The notes below the pieces were generated by a model. That model made no database searches. It was not told the DNA's origin and saw nothing but the letters and a program-made list of their open reading frames with translations. A program made the translations under genes and the position numbers. A stretch of 64,000 nt of DNA, from contig CATXOC010000001.1 in the NCBI GenBank assembly GCA_958399925.1, positions 176,733 through 240,732 of the forward strand, in the 5' to 3' direction. This document shows positions 31,589-40,339 of this stretch, piece after piece (the first letter of the stretch is position 1; every line of letters begins with the position of its first letter). The DNA is from an uncultured Candidatus Saccharibacteria bacterium. Its GTDB lineage: Bacteria > Patescibacteriota > Saccharimonadia > Saccharimonadales > Saccharimonadaceae.

Positions 31589-32269
31589 ATGAGTGGTAAT
31601 GAGTTAAAATCTACCGTTATTGTTTTGGTGATTGTGTTTGTCGTGACTTTGTTCTCGATGATTTTACACGAATTGATGCATGGTCTGACTGCTTATTGGT
31701 TGGGCGATGATACGGCAAAGAATGGTGGGCGATTAACTCTAAATCCACTAAAACATATCGATCCATTTCTAACTATTCTATTGCCATTGATTATGGCGGT
31801 GATGGGCGGCCCAATTTTTGGCGGCGCCAAACCAGTACCATTCAACCCTAGCCGCGTACGTGGTGGCGAATGGGGTGCAGCATTGGTGGGTATTGCTGGC
31901 CCCTTAACTAATCTCGTACTAGCATTTATATTCTATGTGGTATACGCGCTGTTGCCAGCTAGTTGGTCGGCTAGTCCTGTGGGCGAGATCGTCAACTTGT
32001 TTGCGCTATACGGTGTACAGGTGAATCTTGGCTTCTTTGCTTTCAATATCCTGCCAATTCCACCACTAGATGGCTCGCGTGTGCTCTACGCAGTTGCACC
32101 AGAGGGTGTTCAACGTTTTATGGATGTGATGGAGCGTAGTCTAGGCCTAATTGTTGTGTTCTTTATTGTGCTAGTTGCTAGTCCGATTATTAGTCAGTTA
32201 ATGGGCTGGATTACGCAAGGTGTATTAACAGGCTTTAGATTTATCTTGGCGCCGTTTGGCATTATTTGA
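31589..32269 (+). CDS. Site-2 protease family (M50) membrane metalloprotease
   Basis: HELMH, GRLTLNP, AGPLTN, FNILPIPPLDG. Confidence 0.93.
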   Translation: MSGNELKSTVIVLVIVFVVTLFSMILHELMHGLTAYWLGDDTAKNGGRLTLNPLKHIDPFLTILLPLIMAVMGGPIFGGAKPVPFNPSRVRGGEWGAALVGIAGPLTNLVLAFIFYVVYALLPASWSASPVGEIVNLFALYGVQVNLGFFAFNILPIPPLDGSRVLYAVAPEGVQRFMDVMERSLGLIVVFFIVLVASPIISQLMGWITQGVLTGFRFILAPFGII

Positions 32270-32279
32270 TATAATATAG

Positions 32280-32413
32280 TTAGCCCTAAAGCTGCACAAT
32301 TATTTCCTAACAGTTATAAGATCGGGAGCCTTAATGGCGGACTATCGTGGTAGGACGTTGCGGGCACCCACCTGGACATACCGGGGGATCTAAAGCGTGC
32401 GCATTAGGGCTAA
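32280..32413 (+). ncRNA. ssrS: 6S RNA (compact)
   Basis: Closing stem TTAGCCCTAA/TTAGGGCTAA; GGGAGCC..ATGGCG..GGGCACCCACCTG..CGGG motifs as in Firmicutes 6S RNA; TGATATAAT promoter at 32267-32275. Confidence 0.75.
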
Positions 32414-32436
32414 TGATATTATTCAGAGGTGGGATT

Positions 32437-33327
32437 TTGCGGCAAAAGGTAGTTATTCGAGCAGTTGTACACCGGCATGGTAAAGTACTATTACTTAGAC
32501 GTCATGGCGGGCGACCGTCGATTGCTGGCAAGTATGAGCTGCCGGGCGGCTCGCTTCATTTGAATGAGCAACCGTCAGACGCCTTGAAGCGCAGTCTACA
32601 GATTCATGCTGGCATTGAGCCAGAGTCGTTTACGCTGCGCGATACGGTAAGTTTCTTAGATCCCGATCGCCGAGACCTGCAGTACATCTTTATCGTCTAC
32701 GATGTTACTCTGCCAATGGGTCGCGATGCGCGCGTTACGCTGGACGATGAATACCATAATTATATGTGGGCTGATGTCAAAACAGTCAACGGCGGACTAC
32801 TAACCAACTCTACAAAGGTTATTCTAAACATTGGCACTGACGCTATTGCTGATCCAGATTTTGTGGCGATTCGCGGAGCTGAGGATGATGGTGTAAAGAC
32901 GTTAGTGATTCATTCGGACGGAGGCAGCCGCGGTAATCCTGGGCCAAGTGCCAGTGCTTACGTTATCATGGACACAGAAGGCCAAATGGTAGCGCAGGGC
33001 GGTCGTTACTTGGGCTGGAACGACAGTGGTATGGCGGAATATATTGCAGTTGAATTGGCGCTAAAGAAGGCGATAGAGCTAAAAGCCGATGTAATTGAAT
33101 ATTATAGCGACAGTCTAATGGTCGTTAATCAGATCAACGGTGTGTTCAAGGTTAAGAACCCAGAGTTCAAAGATATTCACGATCGTGTTATAAAGTTACT
33201 GTTTAATTTCCGTCGCGTTAAATTTACACATGTTCATCGTGAATACAACCGGATTGCAGATAGCTTGGTTAACCGCATTCTTGACGAGAATGAAGGCAGT
33301 AATGCTGCTCGCGATTGGCGAAGCTAA
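32437..33327 (+). CDS. Nudix-fold domain fused to ribonuclease HI
   Basis: VLLLRR...YELPGG Nudix; SDGGSRGNPG, AEY, YSDS, HVHREYNRIAD RNase H; TTG start after GAGGTGG Shine-Dalgarno (track start 32347 lies inside the 6S RNA). Confidence 0.85.
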   Translation: MRQKVVIRAVVHRHGKVLLLRRHGGRPSIAGKYELPGGSLHLNEQPSDALKRSLQIHAGIEPESFTLRDTVSFLDPDRRDLQYIFIVYDVTLPMGRDARVTLDDEYHNYMWADVKTVNGGLLTNSTKVILNIGTDAIADPDFVAIRGAEDDGVKTLVIHSDGGSRGNPGPSASAYVIMDTEGQMVAQGGRYLGWNDSGMAEYIAVELALKKAIELKADVIEYYSDSLMVVNQINGVFKVKNPEFKDIHDRVIKLLFNFRRVKFTHVHREYNRIADSLVNRILDENEGSNAARDWRS

Positions 33328-33412
33328 TATTGCATAACATGGCGACGGTGGCTTTTGATCAGTGTCTGACAGCGTAGCATGTTCGGCGCTAAGTGTGTGG
33401 TATAATACTAAT

Positions 33413-33777
33413 GCCAGATGACTAAATGATCGCTGGTGGAGTATAGCTCCACGAGAGGAAAGTCCGGGCAGCACAGAGCAACAACAGTCGTTAACGGCGA
33501 CCGAGGGTGACCTTAGGGAAAGTGCCACAGAAACTTATACCGCTTAGTAATTATCCGTGACGTTTCGGCGTCATCACTGAGCAAGGGTGAAAAGAGTAGG
33601 GTAAGAGCCTACAGTGCCGTACGGTGACGCACGGCAAGGGTAAACCCTGTTGGCTGCAAGGAGACCAGGTGACGGGCGGCTCGTCCGCTGGTCGATTGAA
33701 CCGCTAGAGCGTGGTGGCAACATCACGAGTAGATAGATGATCATTCATGACAGAACCCGGCTTATCGGCTGTCTGGC
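33413..33777 (+). ncRNA. rnpB: RNase P RNA
   Basis: GAGGAAAGTCCGGG, GAAAGTGCCACAGAAA, ACAGAACCCGGCTTA; paired ends GCCAGA/TCTGGC; TGGTATAAT promoter. Confidence 0.97.
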
Positions 33778-33851
33778 GGATATTATTCAATAAGCGCCCT
33801 GTAAGAGCGCTTATATTTTATATTAGGATAGCTAGTGAAGCTAGTGAATAC

Positions 33852-34736
33852 TTAGTTTATTTTACTAGCCTCCATGCCCTGTAAGATTTGATTCTTGAGA
33901 TTATCGGCAGCATCGGCGCCACTATTCATGAAAATCACGCCCTTATTAGAGCTACTGGCAACAGTCTCCATGGTATTCATGTACTGATTTTGCATCAATA
34001 GAACTAGAACATTATCTTCGGAAATGCCACTGGCGCGCAGACCTTTAACACTGCGGACAAGCCCATCGACAATAGCTTGGCGCTCAGCCGCTAGGCCTTC
34101 ACCACGCAACTTAGCAGATTCTGCGTCGGCCTTTGCCGCGGTAACTTTCTTAATTCGGTCAGCCTCGGCGAGTTCTTGTGCAGCTGCACGGGTGCGCTGT
34201 GCGGCGTTAATCTCGTTCATCGAAGCCTTAACCTTAGGATCAGGGTTCACTTCGGTAATCAAGGTGTTAACAATGATGAAACCGTAATCTGACATGCCAG
34301 CCTTGACGGTTTCTTGGACGCTTCTAGCTATATCATCCTTGCGCTCAAAGGCAGCGTCTAGCTCTAGGTTTGGTACTGCTGAGCGCACGGCGTCTTGAAT
34401 GTAGGACTCGATCTGAGCAACTGGGCGTTGCAACTTGTAGAAGGAGTCTTCTACCTTGGTGGGATCAACACGGTATTGAACAGAGACAGCGATTCTACAG
34501 AATACATTATCCTTAGTCTTGGTTTCGACTGTCAAATCGTTCTGCTGTACGCGTAGAGGTACAGTGGCAGCGATGCTGTCAATGTAAGGGATAATGACAT
34601 GAAAACCAGCGCCAAGGCTCTTGTTGTATTTTCCCATACGTTCAACAATTGCAACGTTTTGTTGGCGTACAATCTTGGCGCCAGCGATTATGGTGACGAT
34701 GATTAGTAGGAGGACAAAGAATATTACAGGACCCAT
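33852..34736 (-). CDS. SPFH/band 7 (stomatin-like) membrane protein
   Basis: IVERMGKY..GFH.IIPYID, ETKTKDNVF, SMNEINAAQR. Confidence 0.93.
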   Translation of the reverse strand: MGPVIFFVLLLIIVTIIAGAKIVRQQNVAIVERMGKYNKSLGAGFHVIIPYIDSIAATVPLRVQQNDLTVETKTKDNVFCRIAVSVQYRVDPTKVEDSFYKLQRPVAQIESYIQDAVRSAVPNLELDAAFERKDDIARSVQETVKAGMSDYGFIIVNTLITEVNPDPKVKASMNEINAAQRTRAAAQELAEADRIKKVTAAKADAESAKLRGEGLAAERQAIVDGLVRSVKGLRASGISEDNVLVLLMQNQYMNTMETVASSSNKGVIFMNSGADAADNLKNQILQGMEASKIN

Positions 34737-34832
34737 TTTTACCTTTCTTTTTGTTTTTTAGTCTTTCATCCCACATTATATATGGTTTATTAGTACGTGT
34801 AAAGTTGTAAAGCGTGATTAAGTTAATTAGTA

Positions 34833-34870
34833 AATTAATTCAGCGACTGCAATGCAGTCGCTGAATTAAT
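34833..34870. terminator. Inverted repeat / terminator after rplT
   Basis: ATTAATTCAGCGACTGCA-A-TGCAGTCGCTGAATTAAT. Confidence 0.7.
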
Positions 34871-34887
34871 GAATTTTTCTAGTTCGG

Positions 34888-35235
34888 TTATTTCTCAACT
34901 GACTTCACGATAGCGGTGAAGGCGGCTGGTTCACGAACAGCTAGATCAGCTAGAGTCTTACGATCTAGAGTGATGTTCTTTGCCTTTAGGCCAGCGATTA
35001 GCTTAGCATAAGTAGTGCCGTTCTGACGAGCAGCAGCGTTGATGCGTGTAATCCATAGTTGACGCATGTCGCGCTTCTTGTTGCGACGATCGCGGAAGGC
35101 GTATTGTAACGACTTGATTACGCGCTCTCTTGCTAAGCGGAAACTGCGGGTGGCGCTATTGTGTTTAAAGCCCTTTGCATGCTTCAACACCTTGTTGTGA
35201 CGAGCGCGGGCAGTTACTCCTTTTTTAACTCTCAT
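34888..35235 (-). CDS. rplT: 50S ribosomal protein L20
   Basis: MRVKKG...YAFRDRRNKKR..RQLWITRINAAAR. Confidence 0.97.
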   Translation of the reverse strand: MRVKKGVTARARHNKVLKHAKGFKHNSATRSFRLARERVIKSLQYAFRDRRNKKRDMRQLWITRINAAARQNGTTYAKLIAGLKAKNITLDRKTLADLAVREPAAFTAIVKSVEK

Positions 35236-35279
35236 TGATTACTCCTTACTTGGTCGAATAATTAATTAACAACGTTAAA

Positions 35280-35474
35280 TTAGATGCCGAGTGCGCGACG
35301 AATAACTTTAGCTTGTTCGCCCTTAACGGCTACTGGTGCAGCCTTAGCGCGCTTATTGCGCTCGGTCTGATGAGACAGTTTGTGGTGAGTTGCTGCGCTG
35401 GCGCGTAGAATCTTACCGGCTTTGGTCATGCGGATACGCTTGCTGGTACCCTTATGAGTCTTCATTTTTGGCAT
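35280..35474 (-). CDS. rpmI: 50S ribosomal protein L35
   Basis: MPKMKTHKGTSKR. Confidence 0.96.
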   Translation of the reverse strand: MPKMKTHKGTSKRIRMTKAGKILRASAATHHKLSHQTERNKRAKAAPVAVKGEQAKVIRRALGI

Positions 35475-35986
35475 TTTTGATTGCTCCTTACCATAACACT
35501 CAGGTTACGACCCGCCATTACAGGTTTATTGTCAGCCGTGGCGACATCGGAAAGGTCATCAAGTATTCGACCAAGTAGGGCTTGACCGACCTCGGGGTGC
35601 GCCATCTCACGACCGCGATACATCAATTGAATTTTGACCTTATCGCCGTCTAATAAGAACTTACGGATTTTGCGTAGTTTAATGTCTAAATCATTCTGAC
35701 CGATTTTTAGACCTAAGCGAATTTGCTTTAATTCACTACTGCGTGCATTCTTTTTGTTACGCTGCTGCTCCTTCATCTTTTGATACTGGTATTTACCCCA
35801 GTCAATGATTTTCGCAACAGGTGGCGTTGCAGTTGGTGAAATTTCTACTAGGTCGAGCCCTGCGTCGCGAGCCTGATTGAGGGCGTCACGCTTAGACATA
35901 ATGCCTAGCTGCTCGCCATCTTGTCCAATCACACGAAGCTCGTGTGCACGAATCTCGCCATTAATCCGAATTGATTTGCTGGCTAT
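35462..35986 (-). CDS. infC: Translation initiation factor IF-3 (probable ATA start)
   Basis: In-frame RINGEIRAHELRVIG upstream of the track start; AAGGA Shine-Dalgarno 7 nt before ATA at 35986; LDLVEIS, PPVAKIIDWGKY, RGRE. Confidence 0.93.
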   Translation of the reverse strand: MASKSIRINGEIRAHELRVIGQDGEQLGIMSKRDALNQARDAGLDLVEISPTATPPVAKIIDWGKYQYQKMKEQQRNKKNARSSELKQIRLGLKIGQNDLDIKLRKIRKFLLDGDKVKIQLMYRGREMAHPEVGQALLGRILDDLSDVATADNKPVMAGRNLSVMVRSNQKCQK

Positions 35987-36019
35987 ATTAGGATCCTTAC
36001 CTGAAATTAAATTATTATT

Positions 36020-36094
36020 TGGCTCCGGAGGCCGGATTCGAACCGGCGACCCATTGATTAACAGTCAACTGCGCTACCGCTGCGCCACTCCGGA
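36020..36094 (-). tRNA. tRNA-Asn(GTT)
   Basis: Cloverleaf, anticodon loop CTGTTAA, encoded CCA; TTGACC-17-TATAAT promoter at 36153-36125. Confidence 0.96.
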
Positions 36095-36238
36095 ATATGC
36101 TGTTTCAAACGAAACACTAGATAGATTATATAGGTTATGTTCGTTTAGGTCAAGAGTAAAATGATATAAAGTATTTTTATACCTGAAAACTGAAAACCGA
36201 GCACTGAAAGCGCGTAAATATATGCATAGGTAATATTG

Positions 36239-37729
36239 CTATAACGTCATTTGGCGATATTGTAGAGCCTCGGCAGCATCGGTGACTTGGACAGTATTGT
36301 GTTGGTTGAGATCGGCGATTGTTGCGGCAACACGCATAACTTTAAAATAGCTACGGGCAGAAAGTTTGAGCTTGTCCGTGGCGGTAAGCAATAGATCGCT
36401 AGCTGCCTTGTCAAAATTAATCTTACTCTTTAGCTCTTTGTTGGTTAGGTTGGCGTTAAATTTACTCTGACGTTCAACTTCACGCTCGGTGGCGGCTAAA
36501 ATTTCTTGGCGATATTTAGCGGCTAGGCGTTCGTTGCTGCCACGTACTAGATCCTTCTGTGGCACACGAGAGACTTGAACAAATAGATCGATGCGGTCTA
36601 GCAGCGGTCCAGAAATTTTCTTCTGATAATTCTGAATAAGTTGTTGACTGCAAGTGCATTCGTGATCGGGGTCGCCGTAATAACCACAAGGACAGGGGTT
36701 CATAGTGGCGAGTAGCATAAAATTAGCAGGATAAGTTGTCTTGCCGCTGACGCGGCTGATGTGAATTACGTGGTCTTCTAATGGTTGACGCAATGATTCT
36801 AGTGTGCGGCTAGCAAATTCAGGAATTTCATCTAGGAATAGTACGCCATTATGAGCCAGAGATATTTCACCGGGCTTAATGTTTGACCCGCCGCCGACTA
36901 ATGCGACGTGTGATGCTGTGTGGTGGGGCGTGCGAAATGGTCGCGTAGTAATAATGTCATTAGACTCATTGGCGAGTGAATAGATCTTGGTGGTTTCGAG
37001 CACTTCGCTACGTGTCATAGGTGGCAGTAGGCTAGGCAGAGCTTTAGCCAGCATAGTCTTGCCAGAGCCGGGTGGCCCACAAAATAAAATATTATGATGA
37101 CCAGCAGCGGCTATTTCGAGTGCCCGTTTGGCTAATTTTTGGCCAAAAATGTCGTCGATTGAGTTTGAGTTAGCATAAGTATTTTGTACAACAGCTGGCT
37201 CGGCGCTAGTAAGGCGCTTTTCGCCGATCAGGTGCTGAATAACACAGTTAAGTGTGGTAGCCGGTACAACGTTAACGTCATTTACTAGCGCTGCTTGCGT
37301 GGCATTCGCGGCCGGCAAAATGAATTCGGATAGTTCATTCTTTGCTGCGCATTCTGCAAAGTTTAATGCACCACGTACTGCATGCAAATCACCATTTAGT
37401 CCGAGCTCGCCGGCGAACAATGTTTTATTTACAGCATTTTGCTGTAGTTGGCCACTGGCAATTAGGATGGATAACGCTATGGCAAGATCTAGATGAGTGC
37501 CATCTTTGGTAATATCAGCAGGAATTAGGTTGATGGTGACGCGCTTAGCGGGGAATTGATAGCCAGAATTAGTGATTGCAGAACGTACGCGTTCGCGTGA
37601 TTCACTAATAGCTTTATCGGCTAAGCCAACGATATTGAAAGCAGGGAGGCCTTTGGTGATGTCGCATTCGGCAGTCACAGTTACGGCGTCAAAGCCTCTG
37701 ATAACTGCCGTCCTCACCCTTGAAATCAT
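36239..37729 (-). CDS. comM: ComM/YifB Mg-chelatase-like ATPase (branch-migration helicase)
   Basis: IVGLAD..ESRERVRSA, GPPGSGKTMLA, PFRTPHH, PGEISLAHNGVLFLDE, MNPCPCG, GPLLDRID. Confidence 0.92.
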   Translation of the reverse strand: MISRVRTAVIRGFDAVTVTAECDITKGLPAFNIVGLADKAISESRERVRSAITNSGYQFPAKRVTINLIPADITKDGTHLDLAIALSILIASGQLQQNAVNKTLFAGELGLNGDLHAVRGALNFAECAAKNELSEFILPAANATQAALVNDVNVVPATTLNCVIQHLIGEKRLTSAEPAVVQNTYANSNSIDDIFGQKLAKRALEIAAAGHHNILFCGPPGSGKTMLAKALPSLLPPMTRSEVLETTKIYSLANESNDIITTRPFRTPHHTASHVALVGGGSNIKPGEISLAHNGVLFLDEIPEFASRTLESLRQPLEDHVIHISRVSGKTTYPANFMLLATMNPCPCGYYGDPDHECTCSQQLIQNYQKKISGPLLDRIDLFVQVSRVPQKDLVRGSNERLAAKYRQEILAATEREVERQSKFNANLTNKELKSKINFDKAASDLLLTATDKLKLSARSYFKVMRVAATIADLNQHNTVQVTDAAEALQYRQMTL

Positions 37730-37888
37730 GAATAATATATTAGCACAAGCTGAATAATAGCGCAATAAATGTGTAATAGCTAAAATATCCTAAATAAAAA
37801 CGCTACTACTGTTAGATATAGTCATAAGCACAACAAATAGCAGGGGTTGATAAGTATAAGCATGTATGATAGGATATATAGCATACGT

Positions 37889-38307
37889 GGGGCTGAATAT
37901 GCTTCGACGGATGGAATTTAACAATCTAGTTTGCGAGTAGTTGACTACTTATAGTCATATAATAGATGCAAAATCTAAAGTTCAGGCATTTGCAGACACC
38001 ATCAAGGAAGCTTTTGCTCCTAAGGTAGCTGCTGCCGTTGCTGCCTAGCTTAACTGCTAGTTTGTATATATTTTATGCAGCCCGTTACCTCTCTGATGCA
38101 GAATAAGAGAATGGGTAGCGTCGACTTTATTCTGCTGGATCGTTTGATAGTCCCGCAGCTCATTCGATCGAGAATTTATGCGGACGTGTAGAGACTATCT
38201 TTGTTGCTATCTTAGGTCTCTATATGCAAATTTGATAGTAACTAGACTTCGTAGAGAGCTAGAGTGTTACCATGCGGACGCGGGGTCGGTACCCGCCAGC
38301 TCCACCA
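37889..38307 (+). ncRNA. ssrA: tmRNA
   Basis: 5' GGGGCTG..TTCGAC and 3' CAGCTCCACCA (G3-U70 alanine identity); tag ORF 37968-38048 ending in AA-stop. Confidence 0.95.
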
Positions 38308-38320
38308 GGTATAATTTTCA

Positions 38321-38355
38321 AAAATACACCCAACTGCGAGAGGGTGTATTTTTAT
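38321..38355 (+). terminator. Intrinsic terminator after tmRNA
   Basis: AAAATACACCC...GGGTGTATTTTT. Confidence 0.8.
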
Positions 38356-38744
38356 TGCTGTGCCATATTGTGTTACGTAATTAAGTACTACGTAAACTAT
38401 ATAAGGCACACTAATAATGTCGTTCTGCGTGTAACGCAAGAAAACGACCAGCTGCGAGAATTTACTGGTCGTTTTAGAAGATAGATTTATGGTTGATAAT
38501 TTTTGTTTTTGTGTGCGCTAGTTCATGGATAAATTTTGTATTCATGAACTATTAGTATAATAAACCACTGCTAGAGCAGTGTCAATAATCTGCTAGTGGT
38601 AAAATTAACTACGAAATTAGTTGAACTTGTGGAAAACTTTTTTGTGGCTAGTATTGTGTTGTTGGATTTATAGCATAGGTTGCTGGTGCGCTTATAACTA
38701 ACGAATCTCGCGCTGCTACGACATGGATTAGAAGGGACCAAGCA

Positions 38745-38920
38745 TGTAATTGAATGCGGAAATTAAATATAGGACTAAGCGTGTGGTTGGATGTTGGATT
38801 GAACGCCGGATTGAATGTTGCCATGTGAGCGCTATGGCGCAACATCCGCTGGATTGAATGCTAGACTGAATGCACAATTTGGATCCGAGATTAGTGTGGG
38901 TAATTAACGCATAATTGAAT
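38745..38920. repeat. Degenerate 12-bp repeats (nnnGGATTGAAY)
   Basis: Units such as GTGTGGTTGGAT, GTTGGATTGAAC, GCCGGATTGAAT, GCTGGATTGAAT, GCTAGACTGAAT. Confidence 0.5.
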
Positions 38921-39208
38921 GTAAAAATGAGATGGATTTTTAAGCTTATGCTGGTTTATAAAGTAAACGTATTTTGTGCCTTAGTGTACCTAATATAGAA
39001 GCTCAAGTTTGGCTGGTTGATGTGCTTGTGTCAATCAATAAAGCTGGGACAATCGTTGTTATAGTTGCTATGTTGTAAATATTATATAATCATACCGCTT
39101 AGAAAATATACAATATTACAACGAAATATTGAATCACCATTCATAATAAGACGGGCGGCCTACATCATAAATGTTGTGTATATAACATGCAATACCGATT
39201 GAGAATAG

Positions 39209-39237
39209 TTGACATAAACGCTAATGTTTGCTAGTAT
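39209..39237 (+). promoter_or_regulatory. Sigma70-type promoter for the orphan structured RNA
   Basis: TTGACA(39209-39214)-17 bp-TAGTAT(39232-39237) with extended -10 TG. Confidence 0.7.
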
Positions 39238-39243
39238 AAGGTC

Positions 39244-39848
39244 AAGCTTGAAAGACAAAAATAACCAAGCAAAAATAATCATTCAGGTCTAATAAATTTA
39301 ATTAAAACTGATTGGTTGCAAAGTTAAGTCAAAACAAATAGCTAGTACATTTAATCAAAATACTGACATAGACATAGTTTATAAGAGCTATGGATGATAT
39401 CGTTAATTGCAATTTGATAATGCAGACCGTATAAGTCGTTATTAATTGGATTGATTGTTCGTGATGGAAATGGCAGTAACCAGCACTCGTCTGGAGCGGT
39501 TTATATAGATCGTTCGGAGTGGTCTGATTCTGCCACTCTGTCACGAATACGCGTCGAGCGTAAAATACCTACCCTTAAAAAGATATTCAGCTCCGCGGAT
39601 ATGCTCCCATTAGCGGGAGCGGTCAGTAAAAGGCTGTTCTGGTTGTGACACTAGGCGACTCGCGCCCTATATATGTTGTTTTTGGCGGATGAGCATGTCG
39701 CACTTTAGACTTCGTCTACAACACGCCAGACAGCCTCTCTTATAGTTCTTTGTAGTCTCTGATGACTCGTACCTATAATTCAACTAGGTGGTAAGTCCAA
39801 ATTAATTGCAACGTTGTATAGCCAAAGGCTAATTTGGATTTACTACCT
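39244..39848 (+). ncRNA. Candidate large structured non-coding RNA (~600 nt), family unknown
   Basis: Promoter plus at least six helices with plus-strand G-U pairs; no credible ORF. Confidence 0.6.
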
Positions 39849-39872
39849 GAATATACTAAAATCATAATCGTA

Positions 39873-40274
39873 ATGAATCGACGAAAAATCGCTATTTTGG
39901 GTTTTACTATGCTACTGGTGTCGTCGGTAGCGTTGGCAGGCATATTGAATATGACTAATCCAACCGATAGTGGTCCGTTAGGTATCTTGGCGGTTTTGAT
40001 AGCGATTTATGTAGCAACGCTAGGGGCTGGCATGCTGATTGCTATGCTGGGTCATTATACATTTCATCTGATTGTGCCAATGAAAGTAGATGCTACGTTG
40101 TCGCGCCGTCTTAAGTATACGTACCGTCGCATTATTGCTGTCTGTGCAATTCTAGGCTTAGTGCCGATATTTGTGATATCGCTAAATTCAATTGGTCAGC
40201 TAGATTTTGTAGATGTCTTGTTAATCGCTGCAACAGAAGTGGTTGCATTATTCTACGTCTTAAAAAAGTTGTGA
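39873..40274 (+). CDS. Hypothetical four-TM membrane protein
   Basis: Four hydrophobic segments; TNPTDSGPLGIL and LNSIGQL; ATG 39873. Confidence 0.75.
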   Translation: MNRRKIAILGFTMLLVSSVALAGILNMTNPTDSGPLGILAVLIAIYVATLGAGMLIAMLGHYTFHLIVPMKVDATLSRRLKYTYRRIIAVCAILGLVPIFVISLNSIGQLDFVDVLLIAATEVVALFYVLKKL

Positions 40275-40339
40275 TATTATCAACGTAGCATGAGCTGTGC
40301 TACGTTATTTTTATAAAGGTTATGGTATAATTTAGGTAT

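Noticed and set aside
32347..32436. N-terminal extension of the Nudix-RNase H ORF
   Set aside because: Overlaps the 6S-like RNA; a better SD and TTG start lie at 32437
38403..38984. TAAGGCACA/TGTGCCTTA as MITE terminal repeats
   Set aside because: Only 9 bp match and no target-site duplication seen
39329..39648. Short ORFs 39329-39544(-) and 39451-39648(+)
   Set aside because: No SD or recognisable protein features; the region is better explained by RNA structure
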